From: an uncultured Elusimicrobia bacterium
GTDB lineage: Bacteria; Elusimicrobiota; Elusimicrobia; Elusimicrobiales; UBA9959
Direction of reading: 5' to 3'
Assembly: GCA_937870775.1 (NCBI GenBank)
Contig: CALMZU010000306.1
Location: 1-41,538 of the forward strand
DNA length: 41,538 nt
This document shows positions 1 through 7,814 of the stretch, in pieces. A program made the translations under genes and the position numbers. The notes under the pieces were generated by a model that worked only from the letters and a program-made list of their open reading frames with translations, did no database searches and was not told the origin of the DNA. Positions within the stretch are counted from its first letter, which is position 1; every line of letters begins with the position of its first letter.

Positions 1-11
1 TGATAATCATC

Positions 12-22
12 TAGAGGTCCCC
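12..22 (+). repeat. Left sub-terminal inverted repeat of the IS
   Basis: TAGAGGTCCCC is the exact reverse complement of 1513-1523. Confidence 0.85.
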
Positions 23-87
23 TCCTGCAGGTTGTGTAAAATTGCTTTGTCGAGGAGCAAAGTTACAAACCTGAGGAGGAGACACTT

Positions 88-1107
88 ATGAGATTATACG
101 CCGCAATCGACCTGCATTCCAACAACAGCGTACTGGTAATCCTGAACCAGAGCGATAAAGTCGTCTATGAGAAACGCCACCCGAACGACCTGCCGACGAT
201 CCTGGCGCAGTTGAAACCGCACAAAAAAAGCATCCAGGCAATAGCGGTTGAATCTACGTACAACTGGTACTGGCTGGTCGACGGTCTTCTGGAGGCCGGT
301 TACGAAGTGAAACTTGTAAACACGGTAGCAGTGAAGACATACGACGGGCTGAAGTACACCTCCGACGAGCACGACGCACGGCACCTGGCGCACCTGCTGA
401 GGTTGGGAATACTGCCGACGGCCTACATCTACCCGAAAGAAGAGCGCGCCGTGCGCGACCTGCTGCGCAAAAGGGCACAGTTAGTGCGGGACCGCGTCAC
501 GCATATCCTGAGCATCCAGAATCTGGTCACCCGCAACAGCGGCAAGCAGATAACGCAGGCCGGCATACGCAGGTTGGATGAAAATACGCTGGGGCTGTTC
601 TGCGGCGGAAACGCCTTCCGCGTAATGGCGATAAAAAGCAGTTTGGAGATTCTGCGCTGCCTCGACGGACAGATAGCGGTGCTTGAACGGAAAGCACTGG
701 AGCAGGCCAAGGTGAAGCCGGAGTTCAAGCAGGTGACGACAATCGACGGAATCGGGGAGATCCTCGGCATGACCATTATGTATGAAGCCGGGGACATGGA
801 GCGTTTTGAAGAAGTGGGGCAGTTCGCTTCGTACGCGCGGTGCGTGGGGAGTTCCCGCTGGAGCAACGGCAAGAAGAAGGGCGAGAACAACCGGAAAAAT
901 GGGAACAAGTACCTGGCCTGGGCGTTTGTGGAAGCGGCGCACCATGCCGTGCAGTATAACGAACGTGTCAAGAAGTTCTACCAGCGCAAGAAGGCACGCA
1001 CCAACAGCGTAGTAGCCTGGAAGGCGGTGGCGCACAAACTGGCGCGTGCCTGCTATCACGTGGTAAAGGATAGAATCGCTTTCGACGAGGCGCGGGCTTT
1101 CGCGTGA
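88..1107 (+). CDS. IS110 family transposase (RuvC-like DEDD recombinase)
   Basis: N-terminal AIDLH, AVEST, KYTSDEHDA (DEDD residues); C-terminal TIDGIG, FASYA, SxGK and AVAHKLAR motifs; AGGAGG RBS at 74-79. Confidence 0.95.
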   Translation: MRLYAAIDLHSNNSVLVILNQSDKVVYEKRHPNDLPTILAQLKPHKKSIQAIAVESTYNWYWLVDGLLEAGYEVKLVNTVAVKTYDGLKYTSDEHDARHLAHLLRLGILPTAYIYPKEERAVRDLLRKRAQLVRDRVTHILSIQNLVTRNSGKQITQAGIRRLDENTLGLFCGGNAFRVMAIKSSLEILRCLDGQIAVLERKALEQAKVKPEFKQVTTIDGIGEILGMTIMYEAGDMERFEEVGQFASYARCVGSSRWSNGKKKGENNRKNGNKYLAWAFVEAAHHAVQYNERVKKFYQRKKARTNSVVAWKAVAHKLARACYHVVKDRIAFDEARAFA

Positions 1108-1109
1108 AG

Positions 1110-1505
1110 ATTTGGTGCGGCAGGCGAGCTCGTGGGTTCGCTGGCAGAACCAGTAGCCTTGATTAGACGCCTGCCGCACCCGCTGTTTTAGGCGGAGACG
1201 CCCTGGTCGTGAGCCAATGAAGCGCTGGCGCGGCGCAAGCCGCAAGCCATAAACTTGTGGGCGGACATTTTGTTCGCCGTTAAATGGACACGACTGGGAA
1301 CCAACGGTTTTCTGGGCCCCGGTTACACGGGGCAGGGGCTTCGGCGGTAGTATTGCCGCGGCCTTGATCCTGATGGGTGCGTGGTGCGGCTTCGTCCGAC
1401 GCCACTTAAAGAGAACCAGGGAGCGGCTAAGCCTTGAGCAGCATGACAGAACGGATTTCTATGAGCGGAGAAACCACAAACCTGTGGTCGGAGAGGCTTT
1501 GCCTC
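1110..1505 (+). ncRNA. Putative bridge/seek RNA in the IS right non-coding end (boundaries uncertain)
   Basis: Perfect 13-bp stem 1114-1126/1168-1180 enclosing an internal loop and a CTGG/CCAG hairpin; loop segment 1132-1141 is the reverse complement of 1530-1539 (last core base plus flank); 1373-1381 is identical to 1524-1532; further hairpins to ~1505. Confidence 0.7.
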
Positions 1506-1512
1506 TTGACTC

Positions 1513-1523
1513 GGGGACCTCTA
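1513..1523 (+). repeat. Right sub-terminal inverted repeat of the IS
   Basis: GGGGACCTCTA is the exact reverse complement of 12-22; TTGACT (-35-like) lies just inside at 1506-1511. Confidence 0.85.
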
Positions 1524-1717
1524 ATGGGTGCGAACCCACTTCTCGCGGCAAGGAGCAGTGCGGGGCCGCGCTGCGTGGCCACGCCTGCGACGACATCTCG
1601 CGGATAAGCTTCCCCGTACCGCTGATCTAAAGACAGAAAGCAGCGTTTATATTGGGTTATCGGGGTTTTCGGCAAAGAAAAGTCGAACTTTAGTGCGAAG
1701 ACTCCGCCAGATTTCCC

Positions 1718-1755
1718 TAAACGAAGAACCCCGCCCATGCGGGGTTCTTCGTTTA
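1718..1755. terminator. Intrinsic terminator-like hairpin, possibly bidirectional
   Basis: Perfect 17-bp stem TAAACGAAGAACCCCGC / GCGGGGTTCTTCGTTTA with a 4-nt loop, 24 nt after the stop of 1780..2367 (-). Confidence 0.7.
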
Positions 1756-1779
1756 TGTAAGGGTACGCCTTTGGGCGTC

Positions 1780-2367
1780 TCACCGGCACAGGGCCTGGTT
1801 GCAGGTGTAGCCCTCGTTGTAGGAACATCCTCGCTGGACGGGCCCCCCATCCTCCTCCGCGGCGGCCTCGCAGCTGGCGTTGCGCAACAGCGCCGGGCCG
1901 GAACGGGCCAAGGGCATGACAACTTTCAGTATCTCGCCGTACTTCGACGGGGGCACTGACCGCTCAAGGAGCGCCGTCCTCGCCGAGACGAAACCGCCGT
2001 CAAGCAACGTAAGGCTGTCCAGGAAATCCGCGGCGGCCGCCGGAGGAACGCCGCGCATGACCTCCCGCATATCCGACAGCGTTTTTCCGCCGGCCGGCAC
2101 AAAAGATTCGGCGTCGGCGGCGGAAGACTCGAAGGCCTTAAGAATGGAATCGGTCTTGGCTCCGGAGAAGCCGCGCTTCTTCAGCGTGGCATAGTTCATA
2201 GAGGCCACGCGCCCGTTTATCAGGCGCATGCCGGACATGAACTCGGTCCTGTCTTTTTGCGGCAGACCGCCGAGTATGTCTTTCACGGTCATGAGCCTGC
2301 CCCGGTACTGGCCTTCAGCCGCGGCGGCCGCGGCAAGGCATAGGCACAAGACCGCGGCCTTCTTCAT
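1780..2367 (-). CDS. Secreted hypothetical protein with internal tandem repeat and C-terminal Cys4 tail (paralog of 3313..4035)
   Basis: Signal peptide MKKAAVLCLCLAAAAAA; ATGA overlap with the upstream gene; aligns by eye with 3313..4035. Confidence 0.8.
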   Translation of the reverse strand: MKKAAVLCLCLAAAAAAEGQYRGRLMTVKDILGGLPQKDRTEFMSGMRLINGRVASMNYATLKKRGFSGAKTDSILKAFESSAADAESFVPAGGKTLSDMREVMRGVPPAAAADFLDSLTLLDGGFVSARTALLERSVPPSKYGEILKVVMPLARSGPALLRNASCEAAAEEDGGPVQRGCSYNEGYTCNQALCR

Positions 2368-3266
2368 GCCGGGTCCTTCCCGCCCAGCCCTATCAGCTTC
2401 AGGCCTTTGCGTATCTTTCCCAGGGAAACCTCGCCGTTGTCGTCGCTCCAGCCTTTAAAATCATACAGCACCTTCCCGTCCAGCAGGAAGTAGAAACGCG
2501 GGGAGAAGGTCAGGTCGAAACCGGGGAAGTCCCCCGACTTCCGGGCCACGTAGACCGGAATCGGGGCGAAGAGGGCTTTATCCGCTCTGACGGCGGCCGG
2601 GTCGAAAGACCGGGTTATGACCACCGTGTTGGCGCGCAGCGTCTCGGCCAGCCCTGGGCTGCGTTTTACGCCGGCTATGGCCGACACTACGGACCCGCAG
2701 CCGGGCAGTACCACTATTACAACCTTCGGCCCGGTGCCCAGCGGCAGGGTAAGCGCATCTGCCCGCCCGCCGTCGGCCGAAATATCGAAGACCTGCCACT
2801 GCCCCGCCGTTTTCCCTGCGCCGATCACGGCGGGGATATCCACGGCCTCCGCATCCGGGAAACGTCCCTTCAGCGAGGAGGCCTCGCTAAAAAGCCGAGC
2901 AGCCACCAGGCCTGAAATGGTCTTAGCCGCGTCTTCCGGGCCGGCCCGGCCGCGCCGCGCCTTCTCCTCGAAAACCGTCCTCACCTTAAGGGCCAGGCTT
3001 TCATCGTCGGGCGAATAGAACGACGCGGAACGCAGAAGCCGGAAGAGGGAATCTACGGCGCCGTCAGGATAACCTCGCAGGCTCTCCGCGGAGAGGTCCG
3101 CGCCACGAAGGCCGCCGGCGCAGGCGCTTATCGCGGGATTGTCCCGTCTCTGTTTTGCGTCGTCCACGCAGGCGGCGGCACGCGTTATACGCCGCTGCCC
3201 GCCGGCACAGCCGGCGGCTAGCAGCGCGCACAGTACCGGACAAAGAATGCCTCCGTGTCTATTCAT
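2364..3266 (-). CDS. Putative lipoprotein with C-terminal thioredoxin-like fold
   Basis: Likely start MNRHGG (3266); lipobox LAAGC; KVVIVVLPGCG strand-turn and SPRFYFLLDGK...FKGW cis-Pro-like motif. Confidence 0.6.
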   Translation of the reverse strand: MNRHGGILCPVLCALLAAGCAGGQRRITRAAACVDDAKQRRDNPAISACAGGLRGADLSAESLRGYPDGAVDSLFRLLRSASFYSPDDESLALKVRTVFEEKARRGRAGPEDAAKTISGLVAARLFSEASSLKGRFPDAEAVDIPAVIGAGKTAGQWQVFDISADGGRADALTLPLGTGPKVVIVVLPGCGSVVSAIAGVKRSPGLAETLRANTVVITRSFDPAAVRADKALFAPIPVYVARKSGDFPGFDLTFSPRFYFLLDGKVLYDFKGWSDDNGEVSLGKIRKGLKLIGLGGKDPA

Positions 3267-3312
3267 AAACTGCGCCCCTGAGCTAATGACTACGCGCACA
3301 CCACTTCCGTAC

Positions 3313-4035
3313 TTATTTGCAAACACTAGAATCGCAAGTCGAGTCCTCCGTGGAGGAACAGCCGTACTCGATCGTCCTGTCGTTAAATATCCAGGCCTCG
3401 CACGTAGCGTTCTTTACAACACTCCTGACGGCAGCACCATTAACGACCGACGGCAACACCGACTGAATTATCTGCTCCGCCCTTTCAGCGGGAACGGTCG
3501 CCCCCAACTGGCCGGTCTTTACCGACGCCACCTTGCCGTCGAGAACGCGCATGCTTTCAATGAACTCTAGCCGGGCTTCTTCCGGAAGGTCCTTCAGCAG
3601 CGCTCCAAGTTCTATACCGCCATTGCTGTCCGTCATGCCCTCGGTCCTGGCCGCTGAAGCGATGAACGGCTTCAGAACAGCGTCCACGCGCGAAGCGGGG
3701 AGACCTTTATCGATAAGAGCGGCCCTGTCCGCCGGGAAAATATTGCCGTCCGCTATGCGCATCCCGGACATCAGTTCGACGCGTTCCCCGGCCGAAAGCC
3801 CGGAAAGAAGGTTCTTAACCAGCACCAGCCGCCCCCTGTAGGGAGCCGCTGGCGCGGCATTAATTGCCGGCTCGCCGGCTTTCGGGCCGGCCTTCTCCTG
3901 ATCCGCCCGCTCCTGCAGGTAGGTGTTAACGCTTGTGCCGCTGGGGCCGTCGAACAGTACTTTAACGTCCGAAGCGTTAGCCGCGCCAGCCGCGAAGAAC
4001 GCAAAACCCGCCATCGCTATTATATGTCTTTTCAT
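3313..4035 (-). CDS. Secreted hypothetical protein with internal tandem repeat and C-terminal Cys4 tail (paralog of 1780..2367)
   Basis: Start MKRHIIAMAG with GGAGG RBS 5 nt upstream; signal peptide ending ANA; shares the YRGRL..VK..L.GL...R.E.MSGMR motif. Confidence 0.8.
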   Translation of the reverse strand: MKRHIIAMAGFAFFAAGAANASDVKVLFDGPSGTSVNTYLQERADQEKAGPKAGEPAINAAPAAPYRGRLVLVKNLLSGLSAGERVELMSGMRIADGNIFPADRAALIDKGLPASRVDAVLKPFIASAARTEGMTDSNGGIELGALLKDLPEEARLEFIESMRVLDGKVASVKTGQLGATVPAERAEQIIQSVLPSVVNGAAVRSVVKNATCEAWIFNDRTIEYGCSSTEDSTCDSSVCK

Positions 4036-4144
4036 TACCGCCTCCATAAAATTCCCGTCTATGCCGGTGACGGGGCATTTTTTATGCCAAGCGGCCATGA
4101 AAGGCTAAGAACTAGCGGAGCTTATTCCGGATTTAGGGGGATTT

Positions 4145-4207
4145 AGGGGACGCTTTTTACTAATTGATTATTTATCCACAATAGTCAAATTGTAAAAAGC
4201 GTCCCCT
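4145..4207. repeat. Long AT-rich palindrome (REP-like) with TTATCCACA in the loop
   Basis: 16-bp perfect arms AGGGGACGCTTTTTAC (4145-4160) / GTAAAAAGCGTCCCCT (4192-4207); inner arms TTGATTAT/ATAGTCAA; loop 4172-4180. Confidence 0.75.
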
Positions 4208-4228
4208 TCTTTTTTATAGAATCAGAAG

Positions 4229-5773
4229 GTGAGCTACAAAGCCAATATACTTGTGGTGGACGACGAAGAGGCGCTGCAGGAACTGATAACCGCGGCGCTG
4301 ACGCGGCTGGGTTACCGCGTTACCTGCGCCTCCGACGGCGCCGCCGGCGTGGAGAAGGTGCGGGCCGAAAGGTTCGACCTGGCCATCATGGACATCATGA
4401 TGCCCGGCATGGACGGCATCACGGCGCTGGGCGAGATAAAGAAGCTCGACCCCGAGCTGGAGGTCATCATGGCCACCGGCCACGGCACCATGGGCACCGC
4501 CGTGCAGAGCCTCAGGAAAGGCGCCTTCGACTACCTGCACAAGCCCTTCCAGGTGTCGCAGCTGGCGGCGGTGGTGGAACGGGCTCTCGAGAAGCGCAAA
4601 TTCAACGACATAGCCCGCGCCATCTTCTCTACGATAAAACCCGACGAACTGCCGCGCATAATAATAGATTCCGCCATGCGCATACTGAAGGCCGACGAGG
4701 CCTTCCTCGCGGTGGCCGGGCGCGACGGGCGGCTGGCCATGGACCTGGCCGAGGGCCTGGACTCGCCGGAGATGGCGGCCGCGCGGCTGGAGCTGTGCCG
4801 CCGGGCCGGGCCCCGGCTGGCGGCCGGCGGCGCAGTGACGCTGATAGAGAACCCCGCCGAGGACAAGGTCTTCGCCGGCATACCCGGCACGGAGGGCATA
4901 AAGGCCTCGCTGCTGCTGCCCCTCCGGGACGGCGATACGCTCGCCGGCCTGATAGGCATAAACCGCCGCCAGTCCGGCGAGTACTACGGCGAGAACGACC
5001 TGCAGCAGGCGCGGCTCTTCGGCTCGCTGGTGAACCTCTCTTTCAGGAACGCCAAGCTCTACCGCCAGCTGCAGGAGACGCAGGGGCAGCTGGTGCAGGC
5101 GGAGAAGATGTCGGCGCTGGGCCAGTTGGCCGGCGGCCTGGCGCACGAGATCAATAACCCGCTCTCCGGCATACTGGGCCTCACCCAGCTGGTCCTAGAG
5201 AACACGGAGAAGGACAGCCAGAACTACAAGGACCTCAAGGACATAGAGAGCTCGGTGTTCCGCTGCAAGAAGATCATCACCTCGCTGCTTTCGTTCGCGC
5301 GCCAGGAAAAGACCCGCCTGGAGCCCGTCAGCGTGAACGAGGTGCTGGAGGAGACGCTGACGCTTTGCGCGCGGCAGATGGAGCTGAAGCACATAAAGAT
5401 AGAGCGGGCCTTCGGCGAGGCGCTGCCGATGGTGAACGCCGATTTCCAGCAGCTGATGCAGGTGTTCCTCAACATCCTGACCAACGCCCGCGACGCCATG
5501 CCCGACGGCGGGGTGATAACCATAACCACCTCGCTCGCGCGCGACGCGGCCGGCCGCGAGACCGTAAGCGCCTCGGTGGCCGACACCGGCCCCGGCATAC
5601 CGCAGGAACTGCTGGGCCGCGTCTTCGACCCTTTCTTCACCACCAAGCCGGTGGGCAAGGGCACCGGCCTGGGGCTCTCCGTCTGCGCCGGCATAGTGCA
5701 GCGCCACAACGGCGCGATAAGGGCCGAAAGCGGCCCGCGCGGCTCGGTGTTCACGGTGACCCTGCCCGTATGA
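4229..5773 (+). CDS. Hybrid sensor histidine kinase (REC-GAF-HisKA-HATPase_c, NtrB-like)
   Basis: ILVVDDE...DIMMPGMDG...KP receiver; GAF-like middle; LAHEINNPL H-box, NILTNARDA, DTGPGI, FDPFFTTK, GTGLGL. Confidence 0.93.
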   Translation: MSYKANILVVDDEEALQELITAALTRLGYRVTCASDGAAGVEKVRAERFDLAIMDIMMPGMDGITALGEIKKLDPELEVIMATGHGTMGTAVQSLRKGAFDYLHKPFQVSQLAAVVERALEKRKFNDIARAIFSTIKPDELPRIIIDSAMRILKADEAFLAVAGRDGRLAMDLAEGLDSPEMAAARLELCRRAGPRLAAGGAVTLIENPAEDKVFAGIPGTEGIKASLLLPLRDGDTLAGLIGINRRQSGEYYGENDLQQARLFGSLVNLSFRNAKLYRQLQETQGQLVQAEKMSALGQLAGGLAHEINNPLSGILGLTQLVLENTEKDSQNYKDLKDIESSVFRCKKIITSLLSFARQEKTRLEPVSVNEVLEETLTLCARQMELKHIKIERAFGEALPMVNADFQQLMQVFLNILTNARDAMPDGGVITITTSLARDAAGRETVSASVADTGPGIPQELLGRVFDPFFTTKPVGKGTGLGLSVCAGIVQRHNGAIRAESGPRGSVFTVTLPV

Positions 5774-6129
5774 AAAAGATACTGATAGTGGACGACGAGG
5801 CCGTGGTGAGGAACTACGTACGCCGCGCCCTCGCGAGCCGGGGCTTCGATGTGGAAGAAGCCGCCGGCGGCGGCGAGGCCCTGGCGAAGCTCGCGGCCGG
5901 CGCTTACGACGCCCTGATCTGCGACCTGAAGATGCCGGACATGCGCGGCGAGGAAGTAATAAAAAAAGCCGCGGCGCTGCGCCCCGGCATGAAGCTTATA
6001 GTTATAACCGGCTCGGTCTCCGACGTCCCCGACCCGGTGGCCCCCGGCGTGAAAGCCGACGGCTGCCTGATAAAGCCCTTCGGCATCGGCGAGATACGCG
6101 ACCTGGTGGCCAGCCTGCTGCCGGCCTAG
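5770..6129 (+). CDS. Single-domain response regulator (CheY-like)
   Basis: MKKILIVDDE...CDLKMPDMRG...ITG...IKPF; ATGA overlap with the kinase stop. The true start is 5770, not 5365. Confidence 0.9.
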   Translation: MKKILIVDDEAVVRNYVRRALASRGFDVEEAAGGGEALAKLAAGAYDALICDLKMPDMRGEEVIKKAAALRPGMKLIVITGSVSDVPDPVAPGVKADGCLIKPFGIGEIRDLVASLLPA

Positions 6130-7037
6130 TGCAGGCCGCAGTCGTCCGAGATAGCTTCCTCCTCCTTCATCAGCGCGAACACCGAGTCCATCTCGGCGGC
6201 GCTCAGCCGCGGCGCTTCCGCCGCCCGGTAATAGACGTTCACCAGCCTGTAAAAAGCCCGGCGGTCGGCCGGGTCCTGCAGTTCTCCGCCGGGGTTGCGC
6301 CGCAGCCGCGCCTTGTCGAAGCCCGGGTCGCGCATCTGCATGGCCCAGTAGCGGGCCTTGGCGTCCAGCGCGGCTATCTCGCGCGCGGCCAGCCTGGCCT
6401 TGCGGGCGTTGCAGTTCTCGGTGCTGAGGCTCGCCGGAGCGTCCCTGAAATCCACGAAGGCCGGCTTGAACTCCTGCTCGCCGAACATCGCGGCTATGGC
6501 CTCGAGGTCGGGCACCTCGAACTCGAACTCGGGACGCTCCGGCAGTATCTCCCACTGCCTCTCGGTCTGCGCTTCCACGGTATGCAGCACCGCCCCCGTC
6601 AGCGGGTCTATCATCTTGGCTATGATCTTCAGGTGATCGCGGGTGCCGAATATGGTGCCCACTATGATGGCGTCGGTGGGGTCTATCTTGGACCGGGTCC
6701 CCTCGGGCGCTTCCTCCGCGACGCCGGAGGCCGCCAGGCGCCGCTCCTCCAGCACCTTGTCCAGCTGCGAGCGCTCCAGCAGGTTCACCTTGCCCGACTC
6801 CACCAGGCAGGAAAGCAGTTTCTCGGAGATATACTCGCTCTCCTCGCGCGAGGTGCGGGCCTTACGCGCGAAGCCGAGCACGGCGAGGTTCTTGACCTTC
6901 TTATCGGCGGAATAGCTGGCGAAGTCGTCGGCCATCTTGGTGTACACGTCGGCGGGCCGCACCAGCGGGGGAGTAATGACGGTGAGCAGCAGCACCGAGC
7001 CTATTATCACCCACAAAGCGGTTTTGGCGGCCAGCAT
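6126..7037 (-). CDS. CsgG/HfaB/FlgO-like envelope protein with C-terminal extension
   Basis: N-terminal hydrophobic segment; LAVLGF...ISEKL...NLLERSQLDKVLEE...DAIIVGTI...AKMIDPLTGAVL pattern; GGAGG RBS. Confidence 0.7.
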   Translation of the reverse strand: MLAAKTALWVIIGSVLLLTVITPPLVRPADVYTKMADDFASYSADKKVKNLAVLGFARKARTSREESEYISEKLLSCLVESGKVNLLERSQLDKVLEERRLAASGVAEEAPEGTRSKIDPTDAIIVGTIFGTRDHLKIIAKMIDPLTGAVLHTVEAQTERQWEILPERPEFEFEVPDLEAIAAMFGEQEFKPAFVDFRDAPASLSTENCNARKARLAAREIAALDAKARYWAMQMRDPGFDKARLRRNPGGELQDPADRRAFYRLVNVYYRAAEAPRLSAAEMDSVFALMKEEEAISDDCGLH

Positions 7038-7124
7038 AACCCCTCCTTTCGCACTGATACTATACCAGCGCGCGGGAAAGCCGCCGACAAAAAAACGTCA
7101 AATTTCGGTCAAATCGGGGATCGC

Positions 7125-7814
7125 CTATTCGAGCTTGTAGCCGTGGCCGGTGACGCTGGTGATGCGGTCGCCGACGAAGGGGCCGAGCTTCTTGCGGAGG
7201 GAGGAGACGTGCACGCCGACGGTGTGCGGATCGTTGTAGCTGGCCGGGTCGTAGCCCCAGACGGTCTCCAGCAGGTAGGGCACGGAAAGCAGCCTGCCCT
7301 CCTCGGTGATCAGGGCCATCAGCAGGTCGAATTCCTTGCGGGTCAGGTCCACCACCTGCCCCTTCACGGTCACGGTGCGCCCGGCGGGGTCTATCACCAT
7401 GCCCAGTTTCTTTATCTTCTCGCCCTTTTCAACCGTCCCCTCGTAGCGGCGCAGCACCGCCTTTATCTTGGCCAGCAGCACCGGGAAAGAGAAAGGCTTT
7501 ATGATATAGTCGTCCGCGCCCTTGTTGTAGCCGGACAGTATGTCCTCGTCGGAGACCTTGCGGCCCGAGACTATGATCACCGGTATGTCGGAGAAACCCT
7601 TGGTCTCCTTTATGGCGCGGCACAGCGCGAAGCCGTCGAGGCCCTTCATCTCGGCGTCGGTTATTATCAGGTCCGGCCTGGACTCGCGGGCCAGTTCTAT
7701 GGCCTCGGAACCTCCGGAGGCGGCCGCCACCTTGAAACCCTGCCCCTCCAGGTAACGGCGGGCGGAGTTGAGCACAAGGGCGTCGTCGTCGACGAGCAGG
7801 ATCTTTTTGAACAT
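7125..7814 (-). CDS. OmpR/PhoB family response regulator
   Basis: Receiver plus winged-helix: GADDYIIKPF, LTRKEFDLL, TVGVHVSSLRKKL, VTGHGYK. Confidence 0.93.
   Translation of the reverse strand: MFKKILLVDDDALVLNSARRYLEGQGFKVAAASGGSEAIELARESRPDLIITDAEMKGLDGFALCRAIKETKGFSDIPVIIVSGRKVSDEDILSGYNKGADDYIIKPFSFPVLLAKIKAVLRRYEGTVEKGEKIKKLGMVIDPAGRTVTVKGQVVDLTRKEFDLLMALITEEGRLLSVPYLLETVWGYDPASYNDPHTVGVHVSSLRKKLGPFVGDRITSVTGHGYKLE

Larger units (their letters stand above)
1..1530 (+). mobile_element. IS110-family insertion sequence, IS1111-like (short left end, long non-coding right end)
   Basis: DEDD transposase at 88..1107; 11-bp inverted repeats TAGAGGTCCCC (12-22) / GGGGACCTCTA (1513-1523); TG dinucleotide at both apparent ends (1-2 and 1529-1530). 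Exact ends are inferred, and the window starts at the left end. Confidence 0.85.

Noticed and set aside
1364-1630. 88-aa ORF downstream of the transposase as an accessory IS gene
   Set aside because: It crosses the IS right end and overlaps the structured ncRNA region; TTG start with no RBS; no recognisable motif.
1531-1630. Possible 3' remnant of a gene interrupted by the IS
   Set aside because: The left flank is outside the window and no reading frame is recognisable.
4129-4210. Replication origin (oriC)
   Set aside because: A single DnaA box, with no box cluster and no dnaA/dnaN nearby.
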